Assembly: GCA_017430085.1 (NCBI GenBank)
Contig: JAFRNR010000001.1
Span: 1 to 64,000, forward strand
Length of the DNA stretch: 64,000 bases
Direction: 5' to 3'
Origin: Lachnospiraceae bacterium
Lineage (GTDB): Bacteria; Bacillota; Clostridia; Lachnospirales; Lachnospiraceae
Each line of letters starts with the position of its first letter. The stretch's first letter is position 1. The notes beneath the pieces were generated by a model that was not told where the DNA came from, ran no database searches, and saw only the letters and a program-made list of their open reading frames with translations. The position numbers and the translations under genes are program-made. Below are positions 9,258 through 19,449 of the stretch, one piece after another.

Positions 9258-10556
9258 TTAGTTGTTTTCGGTATGACGGGCCGATGGCACATCGGCCCCT
9301 ACGTGCTGTTTGCTTATCGTCAAAATGGTCTCATACAGCGCCCGCACGTCGTCCGACAGCTCGGCCGGCGCGAGGCGGCTCAGGCGGTCCAGGAGTTCCT
9401 GCTCGCGGGCGGAGTCCTGCACGGGGAGGGCGTTTTCTTGCTTGTAGGCACCGATGCGGTCTGCGGTTTTCATGCGGCGGACGAAAGCCTCCAGAATGGT
9501 CCGGTCCGCGGCGTCGATCTGCCGGCGGAAGGCGGGCAGGTCCGCGGCGTCGTCCGCACGGCTTTCCCACAGGGTGTCCAGCAGGGCGGCGGCTGCGGCG
9601 GCTTCCGCCACCGGGACGGCGCGGAGGACGATGCAGGTATCGTGGCGGCCGGGGACGGAGAGCGTGACGTTTTCCATCACCGACAGGTCCGCGCTTTCCT
9701 GCGGGACGGCGATGCTGGGCGTGGGCTTGAGCGCGGCGCGGAAGACGAGGGGCGTGCCGCAGGCCATGCCGCCCAGGATCCCGCCGCAGTGGTTGGAGGT
9801 CATGACGACGCGGCCGTCCTGTACACGGTAGCCGTCGTTGGCTTCACTGCCGCGCATCGCCGCCAGCGCGAAGCCGTCACCGAATTCCAGTCCTTTGACG
9901 GCAGGGATGGCGAAGACCGCCTGCGCGAGCCGGTTTTCCAGACCGCCGAAGGGGTGGTCGCCCAGACCGGCCGGCAGCCCGGTGACCGTGCATTCGATCA
10001 CGCCGCCCAGGGAATCGCCCCGGGCCTTCGCGTCCTGCAGCAGGCCGGTCACGGCTTCCGCATCCTCCGCCGGAACTCCTCCGACGGATATGACCCGGGC
10101 CGTCACTTCGATCCCTTCCCGTGCCAGCAGCTGCTTCGCGATGCCGCCGGCCACGCAGAATGGTGCGGTCATACGGCCGGAATAATGGCCGCCGCCGGAC
10201 GGGATGCGTCCGGTCTTCACATAGGCCGGCCAGTCCGCGTGTCCGGGCCGGGGGACCGTGCGCAGAGCCTCGTAGTCCGCGGGCCGCGCGTCGGTATTGC
10301 GGAGGACCGCGCGCACCGGGCCGCCGGTGAAGATGCCGTCTTCCAGGCCGGTCTCAAATTCCGGTACATCCGCTTCGCGCCGCGCGGAGGAGAATTCGCC
10401 GTTCCCCGGCGCCCGCCGGTCCAGAAACGCCTGCAGCGCCGGCCGGTCCAGCGGCGTGCCCGCGGGGATGCCTTCTACAGTCACGCCGACAAGGGGCTCG
10501 TGAGAGCCCCCGAAAATCGTAAAACGATAAAATGTTCCGAATGAAAAATGATCCAT
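9258..10556 (-). CDS. aroC: Chorismate synthase fused to an AroQ-class chorismate mutase domain
   Basis: The N-terminal ~350 aa are chorismate synthase. The C-terminal ~80 aa (LPAFRRQIDAADRTILEAFVRRM...) are a CM_2-like helical domain. The last 13 codons read through a REP-like hairpin element. Confidence 0.8.
   Translation of the reverse strand: MDHFSFGTFYRFTIFGGSHEPLVGVTVEGIPAGTPLDRPALQAFLDRRAPGNGEFSSARREADVPEFETGLEDGIFTGGPVRAVLRNTDARPADYEALRTVPRPGHADWPAYVKTGRIPSGGGHYSGRMTAPFCVAGGIAKQLLAREGIEVTARVISVGGVPAEDAEAVTGLLQDAKARGDSLGGVIECTVTGLPAGLGDHPFGGLENRLAQAVFAIPAVKGLEFGDGFALAAMRGSEANDGYRVQDGRVVMTSNHCGGILGGMACGTPLVFRAALKPTPSIAVPQESADLSVMENVTLSVPGRHDTCIVLRAVPVAEAAAAAALLDTLWESRADDAADLPAFRRQIDAADRTILEAFVRRMKTADRIGAYKQENALPVQDSAREQELLDRLSRLAPAELSDDVRALYETILTISKQHVGADVPSARHTENN
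9278..9303. repeat. REP-like hairpin element GGGCCGATGGCACATCGGCCCCTACG
   Basis: 9-bp stem with a GCA loop and a CCTACG tail. It is embedded in the last codons of aroC. Confidence 0.6.
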
Positions 10557-10563
10557 GTCGTAA

Positions 10564-11871
10564 TCAGCGCTGCAGCTGCCCGAACGCGTTCCAGAAGCCC
10601 GCGAAGGACTTGCCCACGCACTCCGCGTTGTCGATAGTGACCGGGTTCTGCGCGGCGCAGGCTGCCACCGCCGCCGCCATGGCCAGCCGGTGATCGCCCA
10701 GCGTGCGGACCGAGCCGCCGCGGATGGTACCGCCGTGCACCTGCAGGACGTCGCCCCGCACGCGCGCCTGGACGCCCAGGTCGTGCAGCAGGTCGAGCGT
10801 GCCGGTGAGGCGGTCGGATTCCTTGAGGCGCAGGCGTCCCGCGCCGGTGAACTGCGTGTCGCCCATCGCCGTCGCGGCCAGCACCGCCAGCGGGGGCACC
10901 AGGTCCGGGATCTGGGAGGCGTCGATGGTCATGGCTTTCAGCGGTGCGTGCCGCACGGCGATGACTTCGGGCGAGGCGCCGATATCGGCCCCCATGTTCT
11001 GGAGGATGTCCAGGATTGCCATGTCGCCCTGACGGGATTTCGGCGAGAGCCCGGTGACCGCCAGTCCCTTCTGGGACAGCGCGCCCATGCACAGGAACAC
11101 CGCCGCCGCGGAGAAATCGCCCTCCGCCGCCAGTTCGCGGGGCAGGGCCGTCTGCCTGCCGCCGAAGATCCAGAAGAGGTCGTCCCAGGCAAGCGCGTCG
11201 CCGGTCTTGTGGGCCAGCTGCGCCTTGTCCGGCGCGGCTCCGGCCAGTTCCAGCACCTGGTCCGTCATGTCGACGTAGGAAGAGGATTCCACCGGCGCCT
11301 GGATGCGCAGCACGGAATCGCCCTGCGCGAACGGCAGGGTCAGTAGCAGCGCGGAGGTGAACTGCGAGGAGACGTTCCCCGGCAGCAGCCAGATCCCGGG
11401 CCGGAGCGTTCCGGAGACGTAGACGTTGGCGCCGCGCTCCTCCACGGTCATGCCGTGGGCGCGCAGGGCCGCGTCAAAAGGCGCGAGGGGGCGCGCGGTC
11501 AGGCGGCCTTCCCGCAGCAGGCAGGCATTGGCGCCGCGCAGGCCGGCCAGGGCCATCATGAAGCGCAGGGTCGCGCCGCTTTCGCCGCAAGGCAGGACCT
11601 TCAGCTCCTCGCTGGAAACGGGGAGCAGGCGGCCGGCCGCATCGCGCGGGAAGGGCGTGACGGTAAAGGAATCCGCATCTTCGCGGACCGGGGCGCCCAG
11701 CGCGGTCAGGCAGCGGGCGGTAGCGGTCACGTCGGCGGAAGAATCGATTTTATGAATGCGGACGGATTCCCGGCCGAGGGCGGCCAGGATCAGCAGCCGG
11801 TGCAGCTGGGATTTGGACGAAGGCGCCCGGAACAGGCCGCTCCGGGGACCGGGCTGGATGGTGAATGACAT
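10564..11871 (-). CDS. aroA: 3-phosphoshikimate 1-carboxyvinyltransferase (EPSP synthase)
   Basis: 435 aa; N-terminal FRAPSSKSQ (LxGSKS-type) motif. Confidence 0.9.
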   Translation of the reverse strand: MSFTIQPGPRSGLFRAPSSKSQLHRLLILAALGRESVRIHKIDSSADVTATARCLTALGAPVREDADSFTVTPFPRDAAGRLLPVSSEELKVLPCGESGATLRFMMALAGLRGANACLLREGRLTARPLAPFDAALRAHGMTVEERGANVYVSGTLRPGIWLLPGNVSSQFTSALLLTLPFAQGDSVLRIQAPVESSSYVDMTDQVLELAGAAPDKAQLAHKTGDALAWDDLFWIFGGRQTALPRELAAEGDFSAAAVFLCMGALSQKGLAVTGLSPKSRQGDMAILDILQNMGADIGASPEVIAVRHAPLKAMTIDASQIPDLVPPLAVLAATAMGDTQFTGAGRLRLKESDRLTGTLDLLHDLGVQARVRGDVLQVHGGTIRGGSVRTLGDHRLAMAAAVAACAAQNPVTIDNAECVGKSFAGFWNAFGQLQR

Positions 11872-11881
11872 AAGTTCCTCC

Positions 11882-12940
11882 TTACAGCGCGCCGCCGGAC
11901 TTCAGCCAGGAGGCCAGGTCCGCCAGCGGGACGGGGATGATGTCGCAGTGCCCGACGGCCCGCGGCACGATCAGCGGCAGGTGGCCGCCGCGCAGTTTTT
12001 TATCCTGCCGCAGGAACGGCAGCAGTTCGGCCGCCGTATACGTGCGGTCCGCCTCCAGCCCATAGCGTTCCATCAGGGCGGCCAGGCGGGGCATCAGGGC
12101 GGGGTCGCACAGTTCGTGTCCGACGGCGGCGCGGGTGATCATCAGCAGTCCTTCGGCCACGGCCTGGCCGTGCGGGACGGTATAGCCGCTGAAGGCTTCG
12201 ATCGCGTGCCCGAAACTGTGGCCCAGGTTCAGCAGGCGGCGGGCGCCGAAGTCCCGCTCGTCCTCCGCCACCAGGGCGGCTTTCGTTTCGATGGCGCGGG
12301 CCAGCAGATCCTCGCCGGGCAGCGGGTCGGCGCTGGTCTCCAGCGCGCGGAAGAATTCCTCTCCGCTCAGGAAGGCGGTCTTGATGAGCTCGCCCATCCC
12401 GCTGGCGATCTCCTCCGGCGGCAGCGTGTTCAGCAGTTCCGGGTCGCAGAGCACCACCGCCGGCTGGTGGAAGGCACCGGCCAGGTTTTTGCCCTCGGGC
12501 AGGTTGACCGCCGTCTTGCCGCCCACGGAGGCGTCGACCACGGCCAGCAGTGTAGTGGGGATCTGGACGAACGGCAGGCCGCGCAGGTACGTGGCCGCGG
12601 CAAAGCCCGCCAGGTCTCCGACGACGCCGCCGCCCAGCGCGATCACGGGATCGTTCCGCTGCAGGCGGTTGTCCGCCAGGAAGGAGAGCAGGCGGCAGTA
12701 CGTATCCAGGTTTTTGGAGGCCTCCCCCGGCGGGATGATGAACGGCTCCGCCTGGAAGCCTTCGTTCCGCAGGGAATCCAGGAGCCGCGACCCGTACAGG
12801 GCAAACACGGTCTCATCGGAGACCACCGCGGCCCAGCGGGCGGCCGAGCGCTCGCGGATCAGGTCCCCGGCGCGGTCCAGCAGGCCGCGTTCCATCAGGA
12901 CCTCATAGGGCTGTTCGGCATTGATCGGTATTCGTTTCAT
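11882..12940 (-). CDS. aroB: 3-dehydroquinate synthase
   Basis: 352 aa; [11 protein letters not shown] and [12 protein letters not shown] motifs. Its start overlaps the aroF stop (ATGA). Confidence 0.9.
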   Translation of the reverse strand: MKRIPINAEQPYEVLMERGLLDRAGDLIRERSAARWAAVVSDETVFALYGSRLLDSLRNEGFQAEPFIIPPGEASKNLDTYCRLLSFLADNRLQRNDPVIALGGGVVGDLAGFAAATYLRGLPFVQIPTTLLAVVDASVGGKTAVNLPEGKNLAGAFHQPAVVLCDPELLNTLPPEEIASGMGELIKTAFLSGEEFFRALETSADPLPGEDLLARAIETKAALVAEDERDFGARRLLNLGHSFGHAIEAFSGYTVPHGQAVAEGLLMITRAAVGHELCDPALMPRLAALMERYGLEADRTYTAAELLPFLRQDKKLRGGHLPLIVPRAVGHCDIIPVPLADLASWLKSGGAL

Positions 12941-13689
12941 ATAATTCCTGCCGCCTTTCTCACGGCCTGCACTTTCTGCGCCAGGGCCGCGTATTCTTCC
13001 GGAGTGACGGCCTGTTCCCCGTCGGTCAGCGCCTGCTCCGGGTGGTTATGGACTTCGATCATCAGGCCGTCCGCCCCCGCGGCCGCCGCGGCCAGCGCCA
13101 TCGGCGGGACCAGCGAGGCGATGCCCGTGCCGTGGCTCGGATCCGCGATGACGGGCAGATCCGTCATGCCGCGCAGCAGCGGGATCACGGCCAGATCCAG
13201 TGTGTTCCGGGTATAATCGTCGAACGTGCGGATGCCCCGCTCGCACAGGATGACGTGCGGGTTCCCCTCCGCCAGGATGTACTCCGCGCTCAGCAGGAAT
13301 TCCCGCAGCGTGGCGGCCATGCCGCGCTTTAAGAGAACGGGTTTGCCCGTCCGCCCGACTTCTTTCAGCAATTCGTAATTCTGCATGTTGCGGGAGCCGA
13401 TCTGGATCACATCGACATCCTCAAACAGATCCAGCTCGCGCACGCCGGTGATCTCCGTGACCACGGGCAGCCCGCTTTCCCGCTTCGCTTCCAGCAGCAG
13501 GCGGATGCCTTCCTCCTTCAGCCCCTGGAAGTCATACGGCGACGTGCGCGGTTTGAACGCGCCGCCCCGCAGCATATGCGCCCCGGCGGCCTTCACCGCC
13601 CGGGCAATGCCGACGATCTGCTCCTCGCTTTCCACGGAGCAGGGGCCGGCGATCATCAGAAATTCTTTTTTGTCCCATAAAGTGTCCAT
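12937..13689 (-). CDS. aroF: 3-deoxy-7-phosphoheptulonate (DAHP) synthase, short type I-beta / KDO8PS-like form
   Basis: 250 aa DAHP/KDO8P synthase-family TIM-barrel protein (IAGPCSVES). Assignment as DAHPS rests on operon context. Confidence 0.7.
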   Translation of the reverse strand: MDTLWDKKEFLMIAGPCSVESEEQIVGIARAVKAAGAHMLRGGAFKPRTSPYDFQGLKEEGIRLLLEAKRESGLPVVTEITGVRELDLFEDVDVIQIGSRNMQNYELLKEVGRTGKPVLLKRGMAATLREFLLSAEYILAEGNPHVILCERGIRTFDDYTRNTLDLAVIPLLRGMTDLPVIADPSHGTGIASLVPPMALAAAAAGADGLMIEVHNHPEQALTDGEQAVTPEEYAALAQKVQAVRKAAGII

Positions 13690-13734
13690 GGCTTTACTTT
13701 ACAACATTTTCCCCGCTTTTTCCACTTAAAAAAC

Positions 13735-13762
13735 TTGAAAAGGGCACGATTTATGTTATATT
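13735..13762 (+). promoter_or_regulatory. Sigma-A-like promoter for the zinc-ribbon/TPM/SPFH operon
   Basis: -35 TTGAAA (13735-13740), 16-nt spacer, extended -10 TGtTATATT (13754-13762). It lies in the divergent intergenic region and is followed by a ~100-nt GC-rich leader. Confidence 0.45.
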
Positions 13763-13871
13763 GTTTTTGGAAAAGCAAAACGGGACCCCTGACGGGGGGA
13801 TTTTCCCGTATGGCAAAAAGCACGGCGGAAGGCCCGCGTGCCCGGCCGCCCCTCACAAAACGGAGTTCCCT

Positions 13872-14939
13872 ATGAGTGAACTGGTATCATTTAAATGTCC
13901 CAACTGCGGCTCCCCGCTGATGTACAGCGCGGAGAAGCGGCGCTTCACCTGCGAATACTGCGGCGGCGACTTCGATTTCGACACCGTCCAGAATGCGGAC
14001 GTCAACGCCGACACCGAATTCGACTGGGGCGATTACAAGGAAAACGTCTCCGGGGAATCCCTGGAGGGGACGGTCTCCTACGTCTGCAAATCCTGCGGCG
14101 CGGAGGTCGTCACGGACGCCACCACGGCGGCAAGCCTGTGCCCCTATTGCGGCAACGCCATCGTCATGGAGCAGAACGTCAGCGGCCTGATCAAACCCAA
14201 CGGCATCATCCCCTTCCGCGTGGACAAAAAGCAGCTCAAGGAGATCGTCGCGAACTACTGTAAAGGCCACAAACTGCTCCCGAAGAACTTCATCACGGAC
14301 CAGAAGATCGAAAAGATCCAGGGCCTGTACCTGCCCTTCTGGCTGTATGACTGCCACGCCGACGGCTCCATGGGCTTCAACGGCACCCGCGTGCGCGCCT
14401 GGAGCGACGCCCGCTACAACTACACCGAAACCAGCTTCTACTACGTGGAATGCGAAGGCGAAGTCGGCTTTGCCAAGGTCCCCGTGGACGGCAGCATGCG
14501 CATGGGCGACCCGCTGATGGATTCGCTGGAGCCCTTCGATTTCAGCGACATCCAGGATTTCGCCTACGGCTACCTGAGCGGCTTCGTGGCGGACCGTTTC
14601 GATCAGGATGCGGACTACTGCCTGCCCCGCGCCACCAGCCGCATCAAGAGCAGCGTGGCCACCGTATTCACGTCGGCGGTGCGCGGCTATTACGCGACCC
14701 TGACCCCCAGCCGCAGCAACATCGCGCTGGACCATACGCAGGTCAATTACGTGCTGCTCCCGGTGTACTTCATCACCACCAGTTTCCGGGGGCAGAAATA
14801 TGAATACGCCGTCAACGGCCAGACCGGCAAAATGGTGGGCGAACTGCCCGTGGACACCCGCCGTTCCACCAAGTACATGCTCGGCATCGGTGCGGCCGTG
14901 TTCGCAGCGGCGCTGGCTTTCGCCACGTTCATTCTGTAG
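13872..14939 (+). CDS. Double zinc-ribbon protein with C-terminal TM helix (YdjG-like)
   Basis: CPNCG...CEYCG and CKSCG...CPYCG pairs plus a C-terminal hydrophobic helix. Start at the internal ATG 13872 (GGAG RBS) rather than ORF-track 13761. Confidence 0.7.
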   Translation: MSELVSFKCPNCGSPLMYSAEKRRFTCEYCGGDFDFDTVQNADVNADTEFDWGDYKENVSGESLEGTVSYVCKSCGAEVVTDATTAASLCPYCGNAIVMEQNVSGLIKPNGIIPFRVDKKQLKEIVANYCKGHKLLPKNFITDQKIEKIQGLYLPFWLYDCHADGSMGFNGTRVRAWSDARYNYTETSFYYVECEGEVGFAKVPVDGSMRMGDPLMDSLEPFDFSDIQDFAYGYLSGFVADRFDQDADYCLPRATSRIKSSVATVFTSAVRGYYATLTPSRSNIALDHTQVNYVLLPVYFITTSFRGQKYEYAVNGQTGKMVGELPVDTRRSTKYMLGIGAAVFAAALAFATFIL

Positions 14940-14951
14940 GAGGGCCGGACG

Positions 14952-15770
14952 ATGAAAAAGAGACTGTTTGCATTTTTCGGGATCCTGCTCCTGCTGAGCG
15001 TGCTGGTGCTGCCTTTCGCGGGAAGCCGGCGTGCGCTGGCGGCGGACCAGGTCTGCCCGCAGATCATTGACGAGGCCGACATCCTGAAGCCTTCCGCGGA
15101 AACGGAACTCGGCGCGCAGATCGCCGCGCTGGAGAGCAAATACCAGACCAACATCGTGATCCTCACCGTCACCGAAATGCAGCGGGCGGATCTGAAGGGC
15201 GGCCAGAAGTATTACGACATTCAGGCCTTCACCGAGGACTTTTACGACTTCGTTTACTGCGGCGGCCGGGAAAAGGACGGCATCATCCTCTGCGTAAACA
15301 TGGATTACCAGAACCGGGAGTACTGCATCGTCACCACCGGCAAGGAGATCAACCGCTTCCAGTCGAAGATGGATTACATCTACGAAAAGATCTACGACAA
15401 CCTGACCCGCGCGGAATATGAAGGCGCCGCCGAAACGTACGTGAAGCTGATCGAAACCAAGTACCGCCTGGGCTTCTATCCGCCTTCCTTCGGCACCGTG
15501 CTGATCTGCCTGGCCATCGGCCTGCTCGCGGGCTGGCTCGTGACCAAAGGCATGAAGGGCAGCATGAACAACGTGCACATGGCCACGTCCGCAGGGTCGT
15601 ACATGATTCCCAACAGCTTCAATGTGCGGCGGCAGAATGAAATATTCCTGTACAGCAACATCACCCAGACGGCGCGCCAGACGGAGCACCGCGAAGGCGG
15701 CGGGGGCGGCGGCATCCACATCGGCTCCTCCGGCTTCAGCCACGGCGGCGGCGGGGGCCACAGCTTCTGA
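14952..15770 (+). CDS. TPM-domain membrane protein (YdjH-like) with Gly-rich C-terminal tail
   Basis: Signal peptide, a TPM/TLP18.3-like domain, a TM helix, and a GGGGGG...GGGGGHSF tail. Confidence 0.65.
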   Translation: MKKRLFAFFGILLLLSVLVLPFAGSRRALAADQVCPQIIDEADILKPSAETELGAQIAALESKYQTNIVILTVTEMQRADLKGGQKYYDIQAFTEDFYDFVYCGGREKDGIILCVNMDYQNREYCIVTTGKEINRFQSKMDYIYEKIYDNLTRAEYEGAAETYVKLIETKYRLGFYPPSFGTVLICLAIGLLAGWLVTKGMKGSMNNVHMATSAGSYMIPNSFNVRRQNEIFLYSNITQTARQTEHREGGGGGGIHIGSSGFSHGGGGGHSF

Positions 15771-15841
15771 AACGACCGCCCCCGGGCGGTGGATCATAAA
15801 GAAAAACAAGCATCACACCATAAGAAAAGGAGAGTAACACT

Positions 15842-17062
15842 ATGGGACTTATCAGTGCAGGTTTAGGCGCTTTAAGCAGCACGCTGGCCGATCAGTGGAA
15901 GGAGTATTTCTACTGCGAGGCCATGGACAAGGACATCCTGCTGACCAAGGGCGTCAAGAAGACGGGCACCACCAACACCCTCTTCGGCGGCTCCAATAAC
16001 AAGGGCAGCGACAACATCATCACCAACGGCTCCGGCATCGCGGTGGCGGACGGCCAGGCCATGATCATCGTGGACGACGGCCAGGTCGTGGAATTCTGCG
16101 CCGAGCCCGGCCGCTTCACCTGGGACGCCTCCAGCGAACCCAGCATCTTCACCGGCAAGCTCTGGGACAGCATCAAGGAGACCTTCAAACTGGTCGGCAA
16201 GCGTTTCGCCTACGGCGGCGAGACCGGCCACGATCAGCGCATCTACTACTTCAACACCAAGGAACTGCTGGACAACAAGTTCGGCACGCCCAACCCGATC
16301 CCGTTCCGCGTCGTGGACAGCAAGGTCGGCATCGACCTGGACGTGTCCCTGCGCTGCGCCGGCGTGTTCTCTTACCGCATCGCGGACCCGCTGCTGTTCT
16401 ACTCCAAGGTCTGCGGCAACGTCCCGCGCGAATACCGCCGCGAGGAACTGGATACCCAGTTAAAGAGCGAATTCATCAGCGCCCTGCAGCCCGCCCTGGC
16501 GAAGCTGAGCGCGCTGGAAATGCGTCCGAATGAGATCCTGCTGCACAACACCGCCGTCGAAAAGGCCATGAACGAAGCCCTGTCCGAAAAATGGGGACAG
16601 CTCCGCGGCCTGGAAGTGGTCAGCGTGGCCTTCTCCACCGTGACGCTTCCCGAAGAGGATCAGGAGCGCATCAAGCAGCTGCAGACCGCGGCGACCCTGT
16701 CCAACCCGAACCTGGGTGCGGGCTACATGACCGCTTCCATCGGCCAGGCCGTGAATACGGCCGCCGCCAATGAGAACGGCGCGATGGCCGGCCTGATGGG
16801 CGTGGGCATGACCATGAACACCGCGGGCAGCACGATCTCCAGCCTGTACGCGCAGGGTGCGCAGCAGGCCGCCGCCGTTACCCCGGCCGCTCCGGCGAAC
16901 GCCTGGACCTGCCCGACCTGCGGCGCAGTCTGCACCGGCAACTTCTGCCCTCAGTGCGGCGCCAAGAAGCCCGTCCCGGCAGCCCCCTGGACCTGCCCGA
17001 CCTGCGGCACCGCCAACACCGGCAACTTCTGCTCCCAGTGCGGCACCAAGAAGCCGGAATAA
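15842..17062 (+). CDS. SPFH/band-7 domain protein with two C-terminal zinc ribbons (COG4260 / YdjI-like)
   Basis: An SPFH-like core followed by a tandem WTCPTCG...GNFCxQCGxKKP repeat (two ~75-bp nucleotide repeats, 16903-17060). Confidence 0.75.
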   Translation: MGLISAGLGALSSTLADQWKEYFYCEAMDKDILLTKGVKKTGTTNTLFGGSNNKGSDNIITNGSGIAVADGQAMIIVDDGQVVEFCAEPGRFTWDASSEPSIFTGKLWDSIKETFKLVGKRFAYGGETGHDQRIYYFNTKELLDNKFGTPNPIPFRVVDSKVGIDLDVSLRCAGVFSYRIADPLLFYSKVCGNVPREYRREELDTQLKSEFISALQPALAKLSALEMRPNEILLHNTAVEKAMNEALSEKWGQLRGLEVVSVAFSTVTLPEEDQERIKQLQTAATLSNPNLGAGYMTASIGQAVNTAAANENGAMAGLMGVGMTMNTAGSTISSLYAQGAQQAAAVTPAAPANAWTCPTCGAVCTGNFCPQCGAKKPVPAAPWTCPTCGTANTGNFCSQCGTKKPE

Positions 17063-17150
17063 TTGAACCGGACGGTAGGGCGGCCGCCGGCCGCCTCATG
17101 CCAAACCCGTTGGGGCGGCCATCGGCCGCCCTTTTCAGAAAGGAGAGCCC

Positions 17151-18362
17151 ATGGGCCTTTTTGACAAGAAATACTGCGATATCTGCGGCAACAAGATCGG
17201 CCTTCTCGGCAACAAAAAACTCGAAGACGGCAACATGTGCAAGGACTGCCAGCGCCTGCTGTCTCCCTGGTTCTCCGACCGCCGCCACAGCACCGTGGAG
17301 GAGATCAAGGGCCAGCTCGCCTACCGCGAGGCCAATCAGGCCAAAGTCACTGCCTTCACGCCCACCAAAACGTTCGGCAACCAGACCAAACTGGTCCTGG
17401 ACGAAGGCAAGGGCCAGTTCATCGTGACCCGCTCCGACAACTGGATCAAGGAGAACCCGGACGTCGTGGACCTGTCCGCCCTGACCGGCTACGAAGCCGC
17501 GGTGAAGATGGACCAGGATGAAGAGAAGACCAGGAATTCGGAAGGCAAAATGGTCAGCTACGACCCGCCGCGCTACACCTATGAATACGATTTTAAGGTC
17601 CGCCTGCTGGTGAACCATCCGTACTTTGACGACATGGCGTTCGAGCCCTTCCGCAGCGTGGAGGAGAAGAGCGTCATCGTGAACGGCCGCCCCGCCGCCG
17701 TGCATCAGGCGGAATTCCGGGAGATCAAGGCCGAATTCGACGAGCTCCGCGCCGCGCTGGACAAGTACTGCTCCTGCCTGAGCTATTCGGAACCGAAAGA
17801 GGACGAAGCCCCGGCTGCTGCTGCTCCGGCAGCCGCAACCGCCGCATCCGCCGCCGGTCCGGGCACGTTCGTCTTCCCGTCCCTGCCGAAGAGCGTCAGC
17901 GAACTGCTTACCCTGCCCGGCGTCAGCTTCCATGACCCGTTCTCAGTGGCGGCCATGGCGGTCGCGGCCTTCTGCCGCTTCCCGGACGACCGGGACGCCT
18001 GCTTTGCCATGATCGACGCCCTGAAGGGCCCGCAGCCGCTCTCCAACGTGGACAAATCCTTCATCAAGGACCGCTTCATGGACGGCAAGGGCTACATCCC
18101 CCGTTCCTACTTCGCCGGCGCGACGCCTGAGAATGACTACACGCCGAGCCAGCCGTACACCATCCGCGTAACGGAATCCGCCCACAGCCGCGACCAGTAC
18201 GACCAGGGCTACATCACCCTGTACCTCAAGTCCGGCGGCGCCGACTCCGAACGCCCCGTGACGCTGCGCCACAAACCTTCCACGGACGAATGGTTCCTGT
18301 GGAATCACACCGGCATCTTGGCCGGCATCCGCGTCCCCAAGAGCGCGGATCCCTGGGCTTAA
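17151..18362 (+). CDS. N-terminal zinc-ribbon protein of unknown function (DUF4428-like, recalled)
   Basis: N-terminal CDICGNK...CKDCQ pair and an Ala-rich internal linker. A weak hairpin precedes it, and a GGAG RBS is present. Confidence 0.55.
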   Translation: MGLFDKKYCDICGNKIGLLGNKKLEDGNMCKDCQRLLSPWFSDRRHSTVEEIKGQLAYREANQAKVTAFTPTKTFGNQTKLVLDEGKGQFIVTRSDNWIKENPDVVDLSALTGYEAAVKMDQDEEKTRNSEGKMVSYDPPRYTYEYDFKVRLLVNHPYFDDMAFEPFRSVEEKSVIVNGRPAAVHQAEFREIKAEFDELRAALDKYCSCLSYSEPKEDEAPAAAAPAAATAASAAGPGTFVFPSLPKSVSELLTLPGVSFHDPFSVAAMAVAAFCRFPDDRDACFAMIDALKGPQPLSNVDKSFIKDRFMDGKGYIPRSYFAGATPENDYTPSQPYTIRVTESAHSRDQYDQGYITLYLKSGGADSERPVTLRHKPSTDEWFLWNHTGILAGIRVPKSADPWA

Positions 18363-18441
18363 CCGCCCGGCCGGCTGACAACGACCAGGGGCGGACGGAC
18401 CGCGTCCGCCCCGTTATTCTGCACAAAGGAGTACCGCACCG

Positions 18442-19434
18442 TTGCTGATCAGTGTTATCGTACCGGTCTATAAGGTGGAACCGTATCTGGAAGCATGCCT
18501 GGACAGCATCCTCCGGCAGACCTGGCGCGACCTGGACATCATCCTGGTGGACGACGGCTCGCCGGACGCCTGCGGGGAGATCTGCGACCGCTATGCCGCA
18601 AAAGACGCCCGTATCCGCGTCTTCCATACGGAAAACGGCGGCATTTCCGCTGCACGCAACGTCGGGATCCGGGCGGCCATGGAAACGGACAGCGCCTACC
18701 TGGTCTTTATTGACAGCGACGACTGGCTGGAAGATGACATGATCGAACGGCTTGTCTCCGCCGCCCTCGCGAAAGGCGCGGACGTCGTCGTCTGCGGCGA
18801 ATATCTGGAATACCCGGACAGGACGCGGCAGCTCCGGTACGGCGACCGCATCTACACCGGCCCGGACGCTGTGAAAGCCCTGGTCCTCAACAAAATGAGA
18901 AGCCGCGTGATGAACAAGATCTGGCGGAAAGAGTGTTTTGAAACGATCCGCTTCCCGGAAGGCCGGGTCTACGAAGACATCGCAGTCGTGTACAGAATAT
19001 TTTACGGCTGCTCGGCCGTCGCCACGATCCGCGACATCCTGTACCACTACCGGGAGCGGGAAGGGAGCACCGTCCATACGGGCAGCATCCGGAACCTTTA
19101 CGACCGCTGGCTGGCCGTGAAAGAACGCTATGATTTCTTTGCCGCCGGCGCCCCGGATGACCCGCTCCTGACCGACGCCTGCCTGCAGCAATGCATCCGG
19201 ACCGCGGGAAAACTGTGGCGCGCCTGCTCTGCCGCCCCGGAAGAGGAGCGGAAACGGTATGCCGCGGAATGCAAAGAGATCGCCGCCTTCCTCCGCAAAA
19301 ACGTCCCTCTGACCGGCCGCCGGAACTGGCAGCCGGCCGTCCGCATCCTTTCCGCGCCGACCCGCTCCGCGACCCGTTTTTCCTTCAGATACGTCCGCAC
19401 CCTGTATGCGCTCCGTGGCCGCCAAAACACATAG
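18442..19434 (+). CDS. Family 2 glycosyltransferase
   Basis: VIVPVYKVEPYL...VDDGSPD GT2 signature. Probable TTG start with an AAGGAG RBS. Confidence 0.8.
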   Translation: MLISVIVPVYKVEPYLEACLDSILRQTWRDLDIILVDDGSPDACGEICDRYAAKDARIRVFHTENGGISAARNVGIRAAMETDSAYLVFIDSDDWLEDDMIERLVSAALAKGADVVVCGEYLEYPDRTRQLRYGDRIYTGPDAVKALVLNKMRSRVMNKIWRKECFETIRFPEGRVYEDIAVVYRIFYGCSAVATIRDILYHYREREGSTVHTGSIRNLYDRWLAVKERYDFFAAGAPDDPLLTDACLQQCIRTAGKLWRACSAAPEEERKRYAAECKEIAAFLRKNVPLTGRRNWQPAVRILSAPTRSATRFSFRYVRTLYALRGRQNT

Positions 19435-19449
19435 AATATTAAGGAGATC

